Below are positions 49,021 to 59,561 of a stretch of 64,000 bases of DNA, piece by piece. Positions within the stretch are counted from its first letter, which is position 1, and every line of letters begins with the position of its first letter. The notes beneath the pieces were generated by a model. That model was not told the origin of the DNA and searched no databases. It worked only from the letters and a program-made list of their open reading frames with translations. Source of the stretch: an uncultured delta proteobacterium. Its GTDB lineage: Bacteria; Desulfobacterota; Syntrophorhabdia; Syntrophorhabdales; WCHB1-27. Made by a program: the position numbers and the translations under genes. The stretch spans positions 1-64,000 of the forward strand of contig CAWEPK010000008.1 of NCBI GenBank assembly GCA_963810935.1, in the 5' to 3' direction.

Positions 49021-49115
49021 TATGCAAAGTTTTTTGGTGACACGGACAAACATATCTTATAGAATGTTTCTCAACGAGTCGTTGGAGACTCTTGAAGGTA
49101 TGGAGGTAGAAGATT

Positions 49116-49976
49116 ATGCCTTTGGACCTTGGTAATATCGGCCAGGTTTTAAAAAATGCTCGTGAGGAAAAAGGACTCACCATCGAGCAGGTGGCCGCCC
49201 GCCTCTTCATAAGCAAGGGAAAATTGGACGCAATCGAGAACGGCGACTGGAGAAGGTTGCCGCATCAGGTTTACATCAGAGGATACATCATTCAGTATGC
49301 GACGTTCCTGAATGTGCTGGACCTCGTGCGGGCCGAGCTTGCGGCCCCTGAAGCGGAAGCAGATCAGGCCAGGCAGAAGGATGCGCCGAAGGGGCGCGTG
49401 GCCATACCTATGAGCCAGGGCCTGAGGAAGAGGGTAGTAAGCATTGGGATAACGGGCGCAGTGCTGCTCGGCTTCCTTATTTTTATGAACGTCCGGACGC
49501 CGCACCATGTCGTGCAGCAACCGCAGCAACAGGCATTGAAGGGAGCGCCGCAGGCGGCTGCCGAGCAGGCAGCGGCTGCGGCGAACCAGCAGGATGGTGC
49601 AGCGGCTGGCGCGCAGACAGTGGCGGGCCAGCCGCAGGACCAGAAGGCCGCTGCGCAGGCCGGCGAGGAGGGCTACCAGACCGTCGCCGGGCAGGACCGC
49701 TCGGAAGCCGTCTATGACAAGAGACAGGACAAGCTGGTCCTTGCGCCCAAGAAGCTGATGATCGCATGCCAGGAACGGACGTGGCTGGCCATCGTAATCG
49801 ACGGCACGGAGCGGAAGGAGTTTACGCTCAATCCGGAAGAGGTGGTCGTGCTGAACGCCAACGAGAAGTTCGACGTCCTCATCGGCAACGTCGGAGGCGT
49901 CAAGCTGTTCTACAATGGTAAAGAAGTGAGCCTCCCCGGGGAGAGCGGAGAGGTAAAGCGCGTTACCCTCTCGTAG
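49116..49976 (+). CDS. rodZ: RodZ-like HTH-TM-DUF4115 protein
   Basis: N-terminal HTH (LP..VYIRGYI..YA), one TM segment and a C-terminal IGNVGGV...NG. Confidence 0.8.
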   Translation: MPLDLGNIGQVLKNAREEKGLTIEQVAARLFISKGKLDAIENGDWRRLPHQVYIRGYIIQYATFLNVLDLVRAELAAPEAEADQARQKDAPKGRVAIPMSQGLRKRVVSIGITGAVLLGFLIFMNVRTPHHVVQQPQQQALKGAPQAAAEQAAAAANQQDGAAAGAQTVAGQPQDQKAAAQAGEEGYQTVAGQDRSEAVYDKRQDKLVLAPKKLMIACQERTWLAIVIDGTERKEFTLNPEEVVVLNANEKFDVLIGNVGGVKLFYNGKEVSLPGESGEVKRVTLS

Positions 49977-50078
49977 CCGACGCCGGTCCCCCAAAACCCG
50001 TTTACACCATCAATCGCAAACGCCCGGGAAATTTTGATTGCACTCGCCGGCGTATTATGAGAAACCATATACTGACTT

Positions 50079-50573
50079 ATGGTTATTCTCGGTATAGATC
50101 CAGGATTGGCAAACACGGGTTTCGGGGCTATCACCTGCGGCCGGGGTTCTGTTTCGCTGGTGAGGTGCGGGGCTATAACGACTTCGCCCCGGTCCCACGT
50201 TGCGGAGCGGTTCTTCCAGATCCACAGCGACCTCGGTCAACTGATGGACGCCCTTAAGCCGGAGGTCGTAGCCGTGGAGAACATATTTTCTCTCGTGCGC
50301 TATCCGAAAGCGGGCCTGACGCTCGGCGGTGTCATGGCCGTCGTTTACCTGGCCGGCTCCCAGAGGGGCACCCGCGTTATCGAGGTGACGCCCAGGGAGA
50401 TAAAGAACGCGCTTGCGGGCTACGGCAATGCGGCCAAGGTGCAGGTCCGGGAGGTTACAAAAAGGGCGCTCGGCGTCGGGCAGGTCAAATCCTTTCACGC
50501 TGCAGACGCGCTCGCCGTAGCGTTGACGGTTTTTTACAGGAGCTACCGGGGGAAAAATGATATCCTACCTTGA
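50079..50573 (+). CDS. ruvC: Holliday junction resolvase
   Basis: ILGIDPG, GYGNAAK and AADALAVA. Confidence 0.93.
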   Translation: MVILGIDPGLANTGFGAITCGRGSVSLVRCGAITTSPRSHVAERFFQIHSDLGQLMDALKPEVVAVENIFSLVRYPKAGLTLGGVMAVVYLAGSQRGTRVIEVTPREIKNALAGYGNAAKVQVREVTKRALGVGQVKSFHAADALAVALTVFYRSYRGKNDILP

Positions 50574-51171
50574 AGGGGTGCTCAAAAGGCTGTATGCGGA
50601 CAGGATCATGCTTCTGGTCGGGGGGACCGGCTACGAGGTGCTGATCCCCGCCTACGTGATGAGCGAGATCAGGCGCACGGTGAAGGCGGACGAGGCCCTG
50701 AAGCTCTACATCTCGTTCAACCAGACGGAGAGGCAGCCCAAGCCCGTGCTCGTCGGTTTCAGGACGGAGCTTGACAAGGAGTTCTTCGAGCTGTTCATAT
50801 CGGTGGAGGACATCGGTCCTTCGGCCGCGATCAGGGCGCTAACGAGGCCAGTGCGGGAGATCGCGCGGTCGATAGAAGAAAAGTCCGTGAGGGACCTGCG
50901 TCAATTGAAAGGAATAGGCGAGAGGAAGGCGGAGAAGATCATAGCCACTCTCAAAGGCAAGGCGGCCAAATACGCCCTCATACCGCAAGAGGAGCTGCCC
51001 GCCGAAGTGCCGGAAGACTTCAAAACCGAGGTCGAGATGGTGCTTACAACGCAGTTGGGCCATAAGCCGCTCGAGGCAAGGAAGATGATAGAAGAGGCCA
51101 TGAAAAGGGCGCCTTCGATAGCGACGTCCGAGGAGCTCTTCGAAGAGGTCTACAGGGGCCAGAAGAAATGA
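50557..51171 (+). CDS. ruvA: Holliday junction branch migration protein
   Basis: MISYLEG, GTGYEV and [11 protein letters not shown]; lies between ruvC and ruvB. Confidence 0.9.
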   Translation: MISYLEGVLKRLYADRIMLLVGGTGYEVLIPAYVMSEIRRTVKADEALKLYISFNQTERQPKPVLVGFRTELDKEFFELFISVEDIGPSAAIRALTRPVREIARSIEEKSVRDLRQLKGIGERKAEKIIATLKGKAAKYALIPQEELPAEVPEDFKTEVEMVLTTQLGHKPLEARKMIEEAMKRAPSIATSEELFEEVYRGQKK

Positions 51172-52217
51172 TAGAGGACGAGTCGGATAAACTCACCGTC
51201 GCGGAAAAGGAAGATGCGGCCGACGAAGATTTCCTGAGCCTGCGGCCGAAGGCGCTGACCGAATACGTCGGGCAGGATAAGGCCGTCGAGACCCTGAAGA
51301 TAGCGATAGAGGCGGCGCTCAAGAGAGGAGAGGCGCTGGAGCATATCCTTTTAAACGGGCCGCCGGGCCTGGGAAAGACCACGCTCGCCCACATCATCGC
51401 CAACGAGATGAACACGAAGATCATCACCTCTTCGGGGCCGGCCCTTGAGAAAGGCGGGGACCTGATGGGCCTGCTTACCAATATGGAGAAGGGGGACATC
51501 TTCTTCATCGACGAGATACACCGGATACCGAAGATCGTGGAGGAGTTCCTTTACCCGGCCATGGAAGACTTCGCAGTGGACTTCATATTCGACCGCGGCG
51601 TCCACGCCCGGACACACAGGTACCGGCTGGAGAGGTTCACGCTCATAGGGGCCACGACAAGGGCCGGGCTCCTGTCGTCGCCTCTGCGCGAGCGGTTCGG
51701 CATCGTGCGGGACCTCGATTTTTACGAAGAGCCGGACCTTGTGCGCATTGTCAAGCGGTCGGCCGTTATCCTGCAGATACCCGTCCACGAAGACGGGGCG
51801 TACGAGATAGCCAGGAGGTCGAGGGGCACGCCAAGGGTGGCCAACAGGCTGTTGAAGCGCGTCCGCGACTACGCCCAGGTAAGGGCGAAGGGCGTTATCA
51901 CGAAGGCCGTTGCCATCGAGGCCCTGTCGCTCGAAGGCATCGACGAGCAGGGCTTAAGCGAGCTGGACAGGAAGCTGCTCAAAGTGATCATCTTCAATTA
52001 TAAAGGCGGCCCGGCGGGCATAGAGGCCCTTGCGGCAACTCTCCAGTTGGAGACGGACGTGCTTCTGGAGGTGGTTGAGCCCTATCTCTTGAAGACGGGC
52101 CTTGTGATCAGGACATCGCAGGGCAGGAAGGCGTCCGAAAAGGCGTACGAACACTTAGGGCTGCAGCACCACGGGAAAGCCCACGGGGCGTCAGGCCTGT
52201 TCGAAGACAAGAAATAA
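51168..52217 (+). CDS. ruvB: Holliday junction helicase
   Basis: [18 protein letters not shown] and [12 protein letters not shown]. Confidence 0.96.
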   Translation: MIEDESDKLTVAEKEDAADEDFLSLRPKALTEYVGQDKAVETLKIAIEAALKRGEALEHILLNGPPGLGKTTLAHIIANEMNTKIITSSGPALEKGGDLMGLLTNMEKGDIFFIDEIHRIPKIVEEFLYPAMEDFAVDFIFDRGVHARTHRYRLERFTLIGATTRAGLLSSPLRERFGIVRDLDFYEEPDLVRIVKRSAVILQIPVHEDGAYEIARRSRGTPRVANRLLKRVRDYAQVRAKGVITKAVAIEALSLEGIDEQGLSELDRKLLKVIIFNYKGGPAGIEALAATLQLETDVLLEVVEPYLLKTGLVIRTSQGRKASEKAYEHLGLQHHGKAHGASGLFEDKK

Positions 52218-52349
52218 AGTCTTTCATCCCCCCACGAAAATGCTTGACAAGTATCCGGGAACCGGCTGAAAATAGGTGCAACCGGACACCGGGTGAGGCA
52301 ACAGGCCCGCGAAATCGGATCGTTTTGGTGTCCTTTGTGGAGGCGTATA

Positions 52350-53871
52350 ATGAAGCATTACTCAGCTTTAGGAGAGGGACCGAAAGTATTCCATAAGGAG
52401 ACTACGGTTGCGCGGACGGGCGCACGGAAGGCGATTTCGCTCTTGTGCCTGCTCGTTTTTCTGTTGCCGGTGGCGATCGCAGGCTGTGGACCTACGACCG
52501 AGGAGATCGCGGCGCGAGAGCAGGCGAGGGAGAGGCGGCAAGCCGCCCTGCACGTGCAGGAGGAGGCCAGGAAGCGTGAAGAAGAGGTGCGAAAGCGCGA
52601 AGAACAGGCCAGGCAGGAGGCCCGGATAAAGGCAGAGGCCGCGCGCCTCGCGCGGATCGAGGCGGCCATATCCGCTGCTGACCAGGCGGGATCCCAAAAC
52701 CGTCCGGACGTCGCCCTTGCGCGTCTCCTTGAAGCCCTTAAGGACATAAAGCGCTACGAACCCGAGGTAGTAGGGATAGGGGTGCAGATAGCCATCAAAG
52801 ACGGCTTCCCGTCCGTTGTCTCCATTTCCGGGCAGTCACCCGCATATAAGGCTGGGGTCCGGGCCGGCAACCGGATCGTAAAGGTCGAGGGGCAGCCGAC
52901 TCAGAATATGGAGCTCGCGGGCATCGTCAGGACGTTGAGGGGGGCAAAAGGTGCGGCGGTCACAGTGACCGTTTCGGCCGAAGGCGGCGATCAGGCGACC
53001 GAGTGCCGGATCGTGCGTGACACTGTTTACCCCGGCGACCGGCAGATCAGGGAGAAGATAATAAAAGTGGTCAGGGCAATGAAACCGGCCCCAGCGCTTC
53101 CCGAGGAGGCCGTCCGCTCGATGACGAGGGGGGATACCAAGGTGCGGATGGGAGGGACCGGCGCCTATGCCGCCGCCGCCGTCGAGATGGAGCAGGCGGT
53201 ACTGGCCGCGCCCTGGAACGCGGACTATTATTTCAGGTTGGGCATGGTCCAGGAGAGGGCGGAGATGTACGGCGAGGCGAGCCAGAACTATCTGCTCTAT
53301 GTGGCGGCGGCGCCCAACGCGCCTAATGCCTCAGCCATGCGGAACAAGGTCTACAGCCTCGAAGTGATGCAGGAAGAGAAGGAGAAACTACTTTCCCTCG
53401 CTGGGCCGTGGAAAAGCAGGGGAGGCAACATATACACCGTATCGGTAGAGGGACGGAGGATAAAGATCGACGGCGAGCTCTCCGGAGAAGCTGGCCAACG
53501 GCACCACGCAGAAATGGTATTACTCCTTCGACCTCGAGGCCACGGGCAACTCACTTGAAGGGGCCAACACGATTGCACGCGACCCTCATTCAGGGTGCAG
53601 CTTTCCGAACGAGACGGTACAGGCATCCGGAATGATAGGCGATGGGGCCGGCTCGCTGAAAATCAACTGGAAGAATACGATCTATTCATGGACATGGCAG
53701 GGTAACGCGTGTACGGAAGTTAACTCCATGGGCGTACGGGACGAGGTGCTGGACCTGGTGGAGCGCACAACTGCCACCCAACAGGCCGCCCAGCAGGTAA
53801 GTCAGCCGAGCCCTGCACAGGAGCAACCCGCCAGATCGAGAGGGCTTAAACGCAAAGCAGTCTCGCAGTGA
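52350..53871 (+). CDS. Lipoprotein with coiled coil, PDZ and TPR regions; apparent 1-nt insertion near 53484
   Basis: Lipobox IAGC; GIGVQI...SPAYKAGV PDZ; TPR-like; the shifted frame continues open into the 53632-53871 ORF. Confidence 0.7.
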
Positions 53872-53960
53872 GGCGCGGGAAAGAGCTAATAGGTTAACGC
53901 GCGAAAGGTCGGAAAAAAGGAATTTTGCAGGCGGCTGGTGAGGCGTTTAGAAAAAGCGCC

Positions 53961-54713
53961 TTACTGGCTGAGCCTCTCCATCTCCTTGGTCGATATATCG
54001 AAGTTGGCGTGTACGTCCTGCACGTCGTCCGAATCTTCCAGGATTTCCATGAGCTTAAGCATGGTCTCGGCGGGTTTCCCTTCGAGCTTTACGGAGGTCT
54101 GGGGAACCATGTCGATCTGGGCGACGCTGTATTTCAGGTTGTTCTGGTCGAAGACCTTCTTGACGGACTCGAAGCTGGCGGCGTCGGTAAATACCTCCAC
54201 GACGTCTTCATCTTCGGTAACGTCTTCTGCGCCCGCTTCCAGGGCCACTTCCATTATCTTGTCCACGTCCACAGCCTGTCTCTCAAAGGAAAGGTAACCC
54301 TTTTTACTGAATATCCAGGCCACGCTGCCCGCCTCGCCGAGGTTCCCGTTATAGCGCGAGAAGATGTGGCGTATCTCCGCCGTGGTCCTGTTCTTGTTGT
54401 CGGTGAGCGTTTCGACGAGTATGGCCACGCCGCTGGGCCCATAGCCCTCGTAGGTGTACTCTTCGTACATCTCGCCGCCTTCCTGGGCGGCCGCGCCGCG
54501 TTTTATCGCCCTTTCAATGTTCTCCTTGGTCATATTCTCCGACTTTGCCTTGAGCACGGCAACCCGGAGACGGGGGTTGGCCTCTGCGTCCCCGCCGCCC
54601 GTCCTTGCAGCGGTGGTAATCTCTTTGATAATCTTGGTAAAGATCTTGCCCCGCCGGGCATCAGCGGCGCCCTTCTTGTGCTTAATGGTGCTCCACTTGC
54701 TATGTCCGGACAT
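53961..54713 (-). CDS. yebC: YebC/PmpR family protein
   Basis: [22 protein letters not shown] and TDNKNRT. Confidence 0.95.
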   Translation of the reverse strand: MSGHSKWSTIKHKKGAADARRGKIFTKIIKEITTAARTGGGDAEANPRLRVAVLKAKSENMTKENIERAIKRGAAAQEGGEMYEEYTYEGYGPSGVAILVETLTDNKNRTTAEIRHIFSRYNGNLGEAGSVAWIFSKKGYLSFERQAVDVDKIMEVALEAGAEDVTEDEDVVEVFTDAASFESVKKVFDQNNLKYSVAQIDMVPQTSVKLEGKPAETMLKLMEILEDSDDVQDVHANFDISTKEMERLSQ

Positions 54714-54734
54714 GGTCCCCTCGGGAAAGATTAG

Positions 54735-54811
54735 TGGTGGGCAGTACAGGAGTCGAACCTGCGACCTCTGGTATGTGAGACCAGCGCTCTAACCATCTGA
54801 GCTAACCGCCC
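54735..54811 (-). tRNA. tRNA-Val(CAC)
   Basis: GGGCGGTTAGCTCAG...CTGGT-CTCACAT-ACCAG...GGTTCGACTCC...ACCA; 77 nt with encoded CCA. Confidence 0.95.
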
Positions 54812-54978
54812 TTTTTCCTTATAGTATAATGAACACCGAATCAAAGTCAATACAGACCTGCGGCCTAAAAGGCATGTCGGCAGCGACTTTGCGGACAAGT
54901 CATGCGCGGACGCGTTGCGCCCCCGGTCCGCTCCGTGGGATACTACCACCTGGCTGGAAGCTGCTCATGGAGAGTGGA

Positions 54979-55707
54979 ATGAGAAAGGGCGGAGTGGCCG
55001 GCGCCCCGGAAATCGTTGAGATGCTGCGGGCCCTAGGCGACCCGGAAAGGGCCGGGGCCATGCAGAGATATTTCAAGACAGGCCCGGGTGAATACGCGGA
55101 GGGCGACCCTTTTCTCGGCATCACCGTGCCCCAGGTAAGGAAACTCGCCGCCCGGCTCGGCCAAGTGGGTCTTCCCGAAACGTTGAGGCTCCTCCGGTCG
55201 CCCATTCACGAGGCGAGGCTCCTCGCCCTGATCGTCATGTGCAGCGCGTACGAAAAGGCGGACGGGGACATAAAGGAGTCCATATTCCGCGCATACCTTG
55301 CGAATACAAAGTTCATCAATAACTGGGACCTCGTAGACGTTTCCGCGCCGAGGATCGTGGGGGCGCATCTGGCCGGTTGCGGAAGTCGCGACATCCTTCG
55401 CCGCCTGGCCGCCTCAAAGCTCCTCTGGGAAAGGCGGATCGCCATCATAGCCACCTTTTATTTTGTGCGCAGGGGAGAGTATGCGGATACCCTCGATATA
55501 GCGCGCCTGCTCCTCGACGACCGGTCCGACCTGATACACAAAGCGGCAGGATGGATGCTCAGGGAGGTCGGCAAGCAGGACCGCGAGGCCGAGGAAGCCT
55601 TTCTGAAGACCTATTGCAGACGCATGCCGAGGACGATGCTGCGGTATGCCATAGAGAAATTTCCCGAAGCGGTAAGGCGGCAATACCTTAAAGGCGAGAT
55701 CGCATGA
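54979..55707 (+). CDS. DNA alkylation repair protein (AlkD-like)
   Basis: YFKTGPGEY, NNWDLVD, WERR and HKAAGWMLREVGK. Confidence 0.88.
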   Translation: MRKGGVAGAPEIVEMLRALGDPERAGAMQRYFKTGPGEYAEGDPFLGITVPQVRKLAARLGQVGLPETLRLLRSPIHEARLLALIVMCSAYEKADGDIKESIFRAYLANTKFINNWDLVDVSAPRIVGAHLAGCGSRDILRRLAASKLLWERRIAIIATFYFVRRGEYADTLDIARLLLDDRSDLIHKAAGWMLREVGKQDREAEEAFLKTYCRRMPRTMLRYAIEKFPEAVRRQYLKGEIA

Positions 55708-55874
55708 GCGGGGGTCGTGGCCCGGTGCGCCCAGCGAGCCCCCGCAGTTCCTTAAGTTTTGGCAGTCCGTAGCGATAATCCGTTGAGACGCCGTAATTAT
55801 ACGTCCGATCCGGCCGGGGAAGGGCCGGGTGCGGACCTTGGCCAAGCCGGGGGGTAGCCCCGCTGGAGGAGAAA

Positions 55875-56348
55875 ATGGACGTCAAGTTTATCAACCCTTT
55901 CGTCGCAGCCACCCAAACGGTCTTCAAGACCATGCTCAATATCGACCTGCTCCTGGGAAAACCGAGCCTTAAGCAACAGAGGACGACATCTGCCGACGTG
56001 ACGGGCATCATGTCCATGGTGGGGGACAAAAAAGGGACGATTGCCCTCTGTTTCAAAGAGAAAGGGGCGCTTTTCGTCTTCAACAGCCTTATGGGCGACA
56101 ATGTGTCCGCCATATCGGCTGAAGTCGTCGACGCCATAGGCGAGCTTACCAATATCGTCTCCGGCCAGGCTCGGAAGGAGTTCGAGAAGAGCGATATAAA
56201 CCTGAAGGCATCCATCCCTATGGTCGTAGTAGGGCAGGGCGTCGAAACAAACTTCATCACGAGCGTTCCGATAATCACGCTGCCTTTCACCTTCTCCGTC
56301 AATAATGGAGTGGACGAGCCGTTCAACCTGGATTTTTCGTTCGAATAG
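55875..56348 (+). CDS. cheX: Chemotaxis phosphatase CheX
   Basis: INPF and DAIGELTNIVSG. Confidence 0.88.
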   Translation: MDVKFINPFVAATQTVFKTMLNIDLLLGKPSLKQQRTTSADVTGIMSMVGDKKGTIALCFKEKGALFVFNSLMGDNVSAISAEVVDAIGELTNIVSGQARKEFEKSDINLKASIPMVVVGQGVETNFITSVPIITLPFTFSVNNGVDEPFNLDFSFE

Positions 56349-56506
56349 ACGGGCTGACCGGGAAAGGGAAGGTATCGTAAGCCGCTGCCCCGTTGTCGAA
56401 CCATCGACGTTCCGCCATCGAATATGTGTTGCAATCTTTCTTTCAATGTGGGAAAAGAATATGGGAGTTGACCCGGCAGCTTTTGCCGTGTCACAAGGAG
56501 GTAGGA

Positions 56507-56802
56507 ATGGTGTGTCGCAGCAGGACGTGGCAGGTTGCGTCGTTGCTCGTTGCCCTGGCGTCGTCGGCCCCTTCGGCCCGGCGCTGGCCGGTGAGGGCCG
56601 CGATGGGCAGACAGGCGGCCCGGCACCGGCGCCCCCTCCCGTGATCGACGTACAGCGGGACAGTGAGAAGACCGTTTATACGATCGGAAGCTCTCCCAAG
56701 GCCAAAGGAAAGACAGATAAAGACAGGTCATGGGATATGCTCAACAATGTGCTGATCGACGCGAGAGGCGTTAATGGAAAAAGGCCGGATAATAATCGTT
56801 GA
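56507..56802 (+). CDS. Small exported hypothetical protein, probably frameshifted near 56560
   Basis: SD AAGGAGGT; the signal-like MVCRSRTWQVASLLVAL is out of frame with ...KTVYTIG...SWDMLNNV. Confidence 0.45.
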
Positions 56803-58216
56803 TGATGAACAGGGCATCCTGGACACCCTCAGCGAGTTCCTGAGGGCGAAGGGTTACGAGGTAGACCCTTTCGCCGACGCGATCAATGCGCTGCCTGCCC
56901 TGAAGAACAACGGCTACGACGTCCTGATCACCGATATCAAGATGCCGAAGATCGATGGGCTTCAAATCATCAATTTCATTCAGAAAGAGTATCTCAACAC
57001 CCTTGGTATCGTAATCACGGGGTACGCCAGCCTGGAAACGGCAGTGGCCGCAATGCGCTGCGGCGCCTTCGATTACATCAGCAAGCCGTTTAAGTCGGAA
57101 GACGTGCTTGCGATCGTCGAGTCGGCCATGCAGTACGCGAAGCTGCTTGCCGGGGACAGCATACCGAAAAAGCTCACCTCCAAGGCGAACCTGCTGAGGC
57201 GGTTCTCGGAAAGCCGCGTGATCCGCGAGAACACCATGCTCCGCAGCTTCCTCAAAGACAAATACAAGTTCGAGAACATGATAGGCGTGAGCCTGAGCAT
57301 GCAGAAGGTCTTCGAGCTTATTGAGAAGGTGGCCGACACGAACGCGACCGTGCTGGTTACCGGGGAAAGCGGGGTAGGCAAGGAGCTTGTGGCAAGGGCC
57401 ATCCACTTCAATTCTTCCAGGAGGGATAAGCCCCTTGTCGTAGTCAACTGCGGCGCCATCCCTGAGACCCTGCTCGAAAGCGAGCTTTTCGGCTACGAGA
57501 AGGGCGCCTTCACGGGTGCGGTCGCCACGCGCCTCGGCAGGTTCGAGCTGGCCGACGGCGGGACGATCTTCCTGGACGAGATAGGCGACATGAGCTCCAG
57601 CCTCCAGGTCAAGCTGCTGCGCGCCATACAGGAGAGGACCTTCGAGCGCATAGGCGGGAATAAGACAATCGACGTGGACCTGCGCATCATCGCTGCCACG
57701 AACCGCGACCTGGACGGGATGGTAAGGGAGGGCAAATTCAGGGACGACCTGTATTACAGGCTCAACGTCGTCCCCATCCACATCCCGCCCCTGCGCGAGC
57801 GCAAGCAGGACGTCCCCCTGCTGTATGCCCATTTTCTCGAAAGGTCGAACGCCATGAACAACGGCGCCGTCGATGGTTTTTCCGACGAGACCATGGAGGT
57901 CCTGCTCGATTACGACTATCCCGGGAACGTGCGGGAGCTGCAGAACCTGGTGGAGCGGCTCGTTGTCCTGAGGAAGAGCGGCATCATCAAGATCGAGGAC
58001 CTGCCGGAGAAATTTTACCTCCCGCAGCAGAAGAGGGAGCAGACGGGATTCGACCTCGCCCGCGGCTACGATACGCTCGTCTCCGAGTTCGAGCAGAACC
58101 TCATATTAAAAGCGCTCGACGAGACGAACGGCGTCAAAAGCAAGGCCGCCCAAATCCTCAGCATGAACAGGACTACGCTGATAGAAAAGATGAAAAGACT
58201 GGGCATCGCGGATTAA
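56774..58216 (+). CDS. sigma54-dependent response regulator (FleQ/FlrA-like)
   Basis: REC domain, GESGVGKE, GAFTGA and Fis HTH (NRTTLIEKMK). Confidence 0.9.
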   Translation: MEKGRIIIVDDEQGILDTLSEFLRAKGYEVDPFADAINALPALKNNGYDVLITDIKMPKIDGLQIINFIQKEYLNTLGIVITGYASLETAVAAMRCGAFDYISKPFKSEDVLAIVESAMQYAKLLAGDSIPKKLTSKANLLRRFSESRVIRENTMLRSFLKDKYKFENMIGVSLSMQKVFELIEKVADTNATVLVTGESGVGKELVARAIHFNSSRRDKPLVVVNCGAIPETLLESELFGYEKGAFTGAVATRLGRFELADGGTIFLDEIGDMSSSLQVKLLRAIQERTFERIGGNKTIDVDLRIIAATNRDLDGMVREGKFRDDLYYRLNVVPIHIPPLRERKQDVPLLYAHFLERSNAMNNGAVDGFSDETMEVLLDYDYPGNVRELQNLVERLVVLRKSGIIKIEDLPEKFYLPQQKREQTGFDLARGYDTLVSEFEQNLILKALDETNGVKSKAAQILSMNRTTLIEKMKRLGIAD

Positions 58217-58260
58217 ATCCAGACAAAAAGAAGAAACTCCCCGGCCATGCCGCAAATGTG

Positions 58261-59295
58261 TCACAAACGATAGACGTCGGTCAGGCTGACCCGTTTCCCC
58301 GGTGAAGTCAGAATGTTCTCGAATCCGGCTTCGTGCAGCATAGTTTTGCAGTCCCGGATGTCCAGCCCGCGATGCCCGGCAGTATCCTTCTCCGTGTCTC
58401 TGGGGTTGGCCCCGGTCTCCGCGAAGACCGTGTTCGCCCCGGCGGTGATGCCCAACAGGTTGGGCTCATGGACCCCGATGCATCTCGTTTCGGAACATGC
58501 CAGGGTCGCCATGGCAATCACGGCTGTTACCTGCGCCAGCCTCAGTTCCGAAATCTGGCCGTACGGAGACAGCGGGGCCGACGGAATATAGACTCGCCTC
58601 ATTGCGGCGTGCTGGACGCATCCGTATTCGATCCCGACGAACATCTGCTCTATGAGTTCCTCTGTGGTATGTTCCGGTCCTATCGGCTCGCAGCAGTAGT
58701 AAAAGTCCAACCCGGCGTCCTTGATGGTCCGCATAGTCGCCTTTCTCCGCTCGGGGTCGAGCGACGTGTCGATGCCTTCCCGCAAGCGGCAAACATGATA
58801 AGCCCCGTCTACGCCCGCCGCTTTCAGGTCGCGCGCCTGGGCTTGATCGAAGTCGCCGATGTTGACCACAATCCCCGTTTCCCGGGGGATGCGCTCACGC
58901 ACGCTCCGCACGACGCGGATCAGCCGCTCAAAGTCGAACGTGTGCATCGTCATCAGGAAAAGGGCGTAGAGGTCTCCGGAGGCCGTCAACTCGCCGGCCC
59001 TATGTAAAACGTCCTCGTCCGTCATAACGCTCGGCTCAAATACAGTGTGACCCTCGCCGAAACTGCAAAACTTACACTTGCCAGGACAAGCCGCGATCTC
59101 GATGCCGATCTGGGCAAGGACAATGCCTCCATTGTCGAACCGTCGCCTGGTTACCGAATCACCCACGGCGCGTAAGACGGCCGCCTCGAACGACCTTTCC
59201 GGCAATTCCAGAAGAAAAGCGCACTCCGCCCTGCCTGGGGCGCGGCCCTCCTGCGCCCGGTCGAGAATTCCAGCAACTGTCGCATGAATCTTCAT
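58261..59295 (-). CDS. BioB-like radical SAM protein
   Basis: CPGKCKFC and ETGANPRD. Confidence 0.8.
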   Translation of the reverse strand: MKIHATVAGILDRAQEGRAPGRAECAFLLELPERSFEAAVLRAVGDSVTRRRFDNGGIVLAQIGIEIAACPGKCKFCSFGEGHTVFEPSVMTDEDVLHRAGELTASGDLYALFLMTMHTFDFERLIRVVRSVRERIPRETGIVVNIGDFDQAQARDLKAAGVDGAYHVCRLREGIDTSLDPERRKATMRTIKDAGLDFYYCCEPIGPEHTTEELIEQMFVGIEYGCVQHAAMRRVYIPSAPLSPYGQISELRLAQVTAVIAMATLACSETRCIGVHEPNLLGITAGANTVFAETGANPRDTEKDTAGHRGLDIRDCKTMLHEAGFENILTSPGKRVSLTDVYRL

Positions 59296-59443
59296 TCGTA
59301 TCTCCTTTATGCCGGCAACTAACACCTGGCGTTGTCCATCCCTTATTGTGATACCACTTCCTGGTTGGCACAGCAACAGGAAGGCGAAACCCGTATTGCG
59401 ACAAGGCATGGCGGGAGGGTACGCCTATAATTGTCTACCCCCT

Positions 59444-59457
59444 GTCAAAACCGTGAC
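59444..59457. promoter_or_regulatory. FleQ-type enhancer site
   Basis: GTCA-AAACCG-TGAC inverted repeat about 80 bp upstream of the sigma54 promoter. Confidence 0.5.
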
Positions 59458-59533
59458 GGAACCATCTGGAGCCCGCCCGCCGTTTCCCGCAAATCTCCTT
59501 TCATTTCAAGCAAGTCCCCTCAAACCTGAATTT

Positions 59534-59549
59534 TGGTACGCGTTTTGCT
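59534..59549 (+). promoter_or_regulatory. sigma54 -24/-12 promoter
   Basis: TGGTACG-CGTT-TTGCT. Confidence 0.8.
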
Positions 59550-59561
59550 TAGGAAGCCTTC

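Noticed and set aside
49514..49700. Gln/Ala-rich repeats (QTVAGQ twice) in RodZ
   Set aside because: An ordinary low-complexity linker, not an array or mobile repeat.
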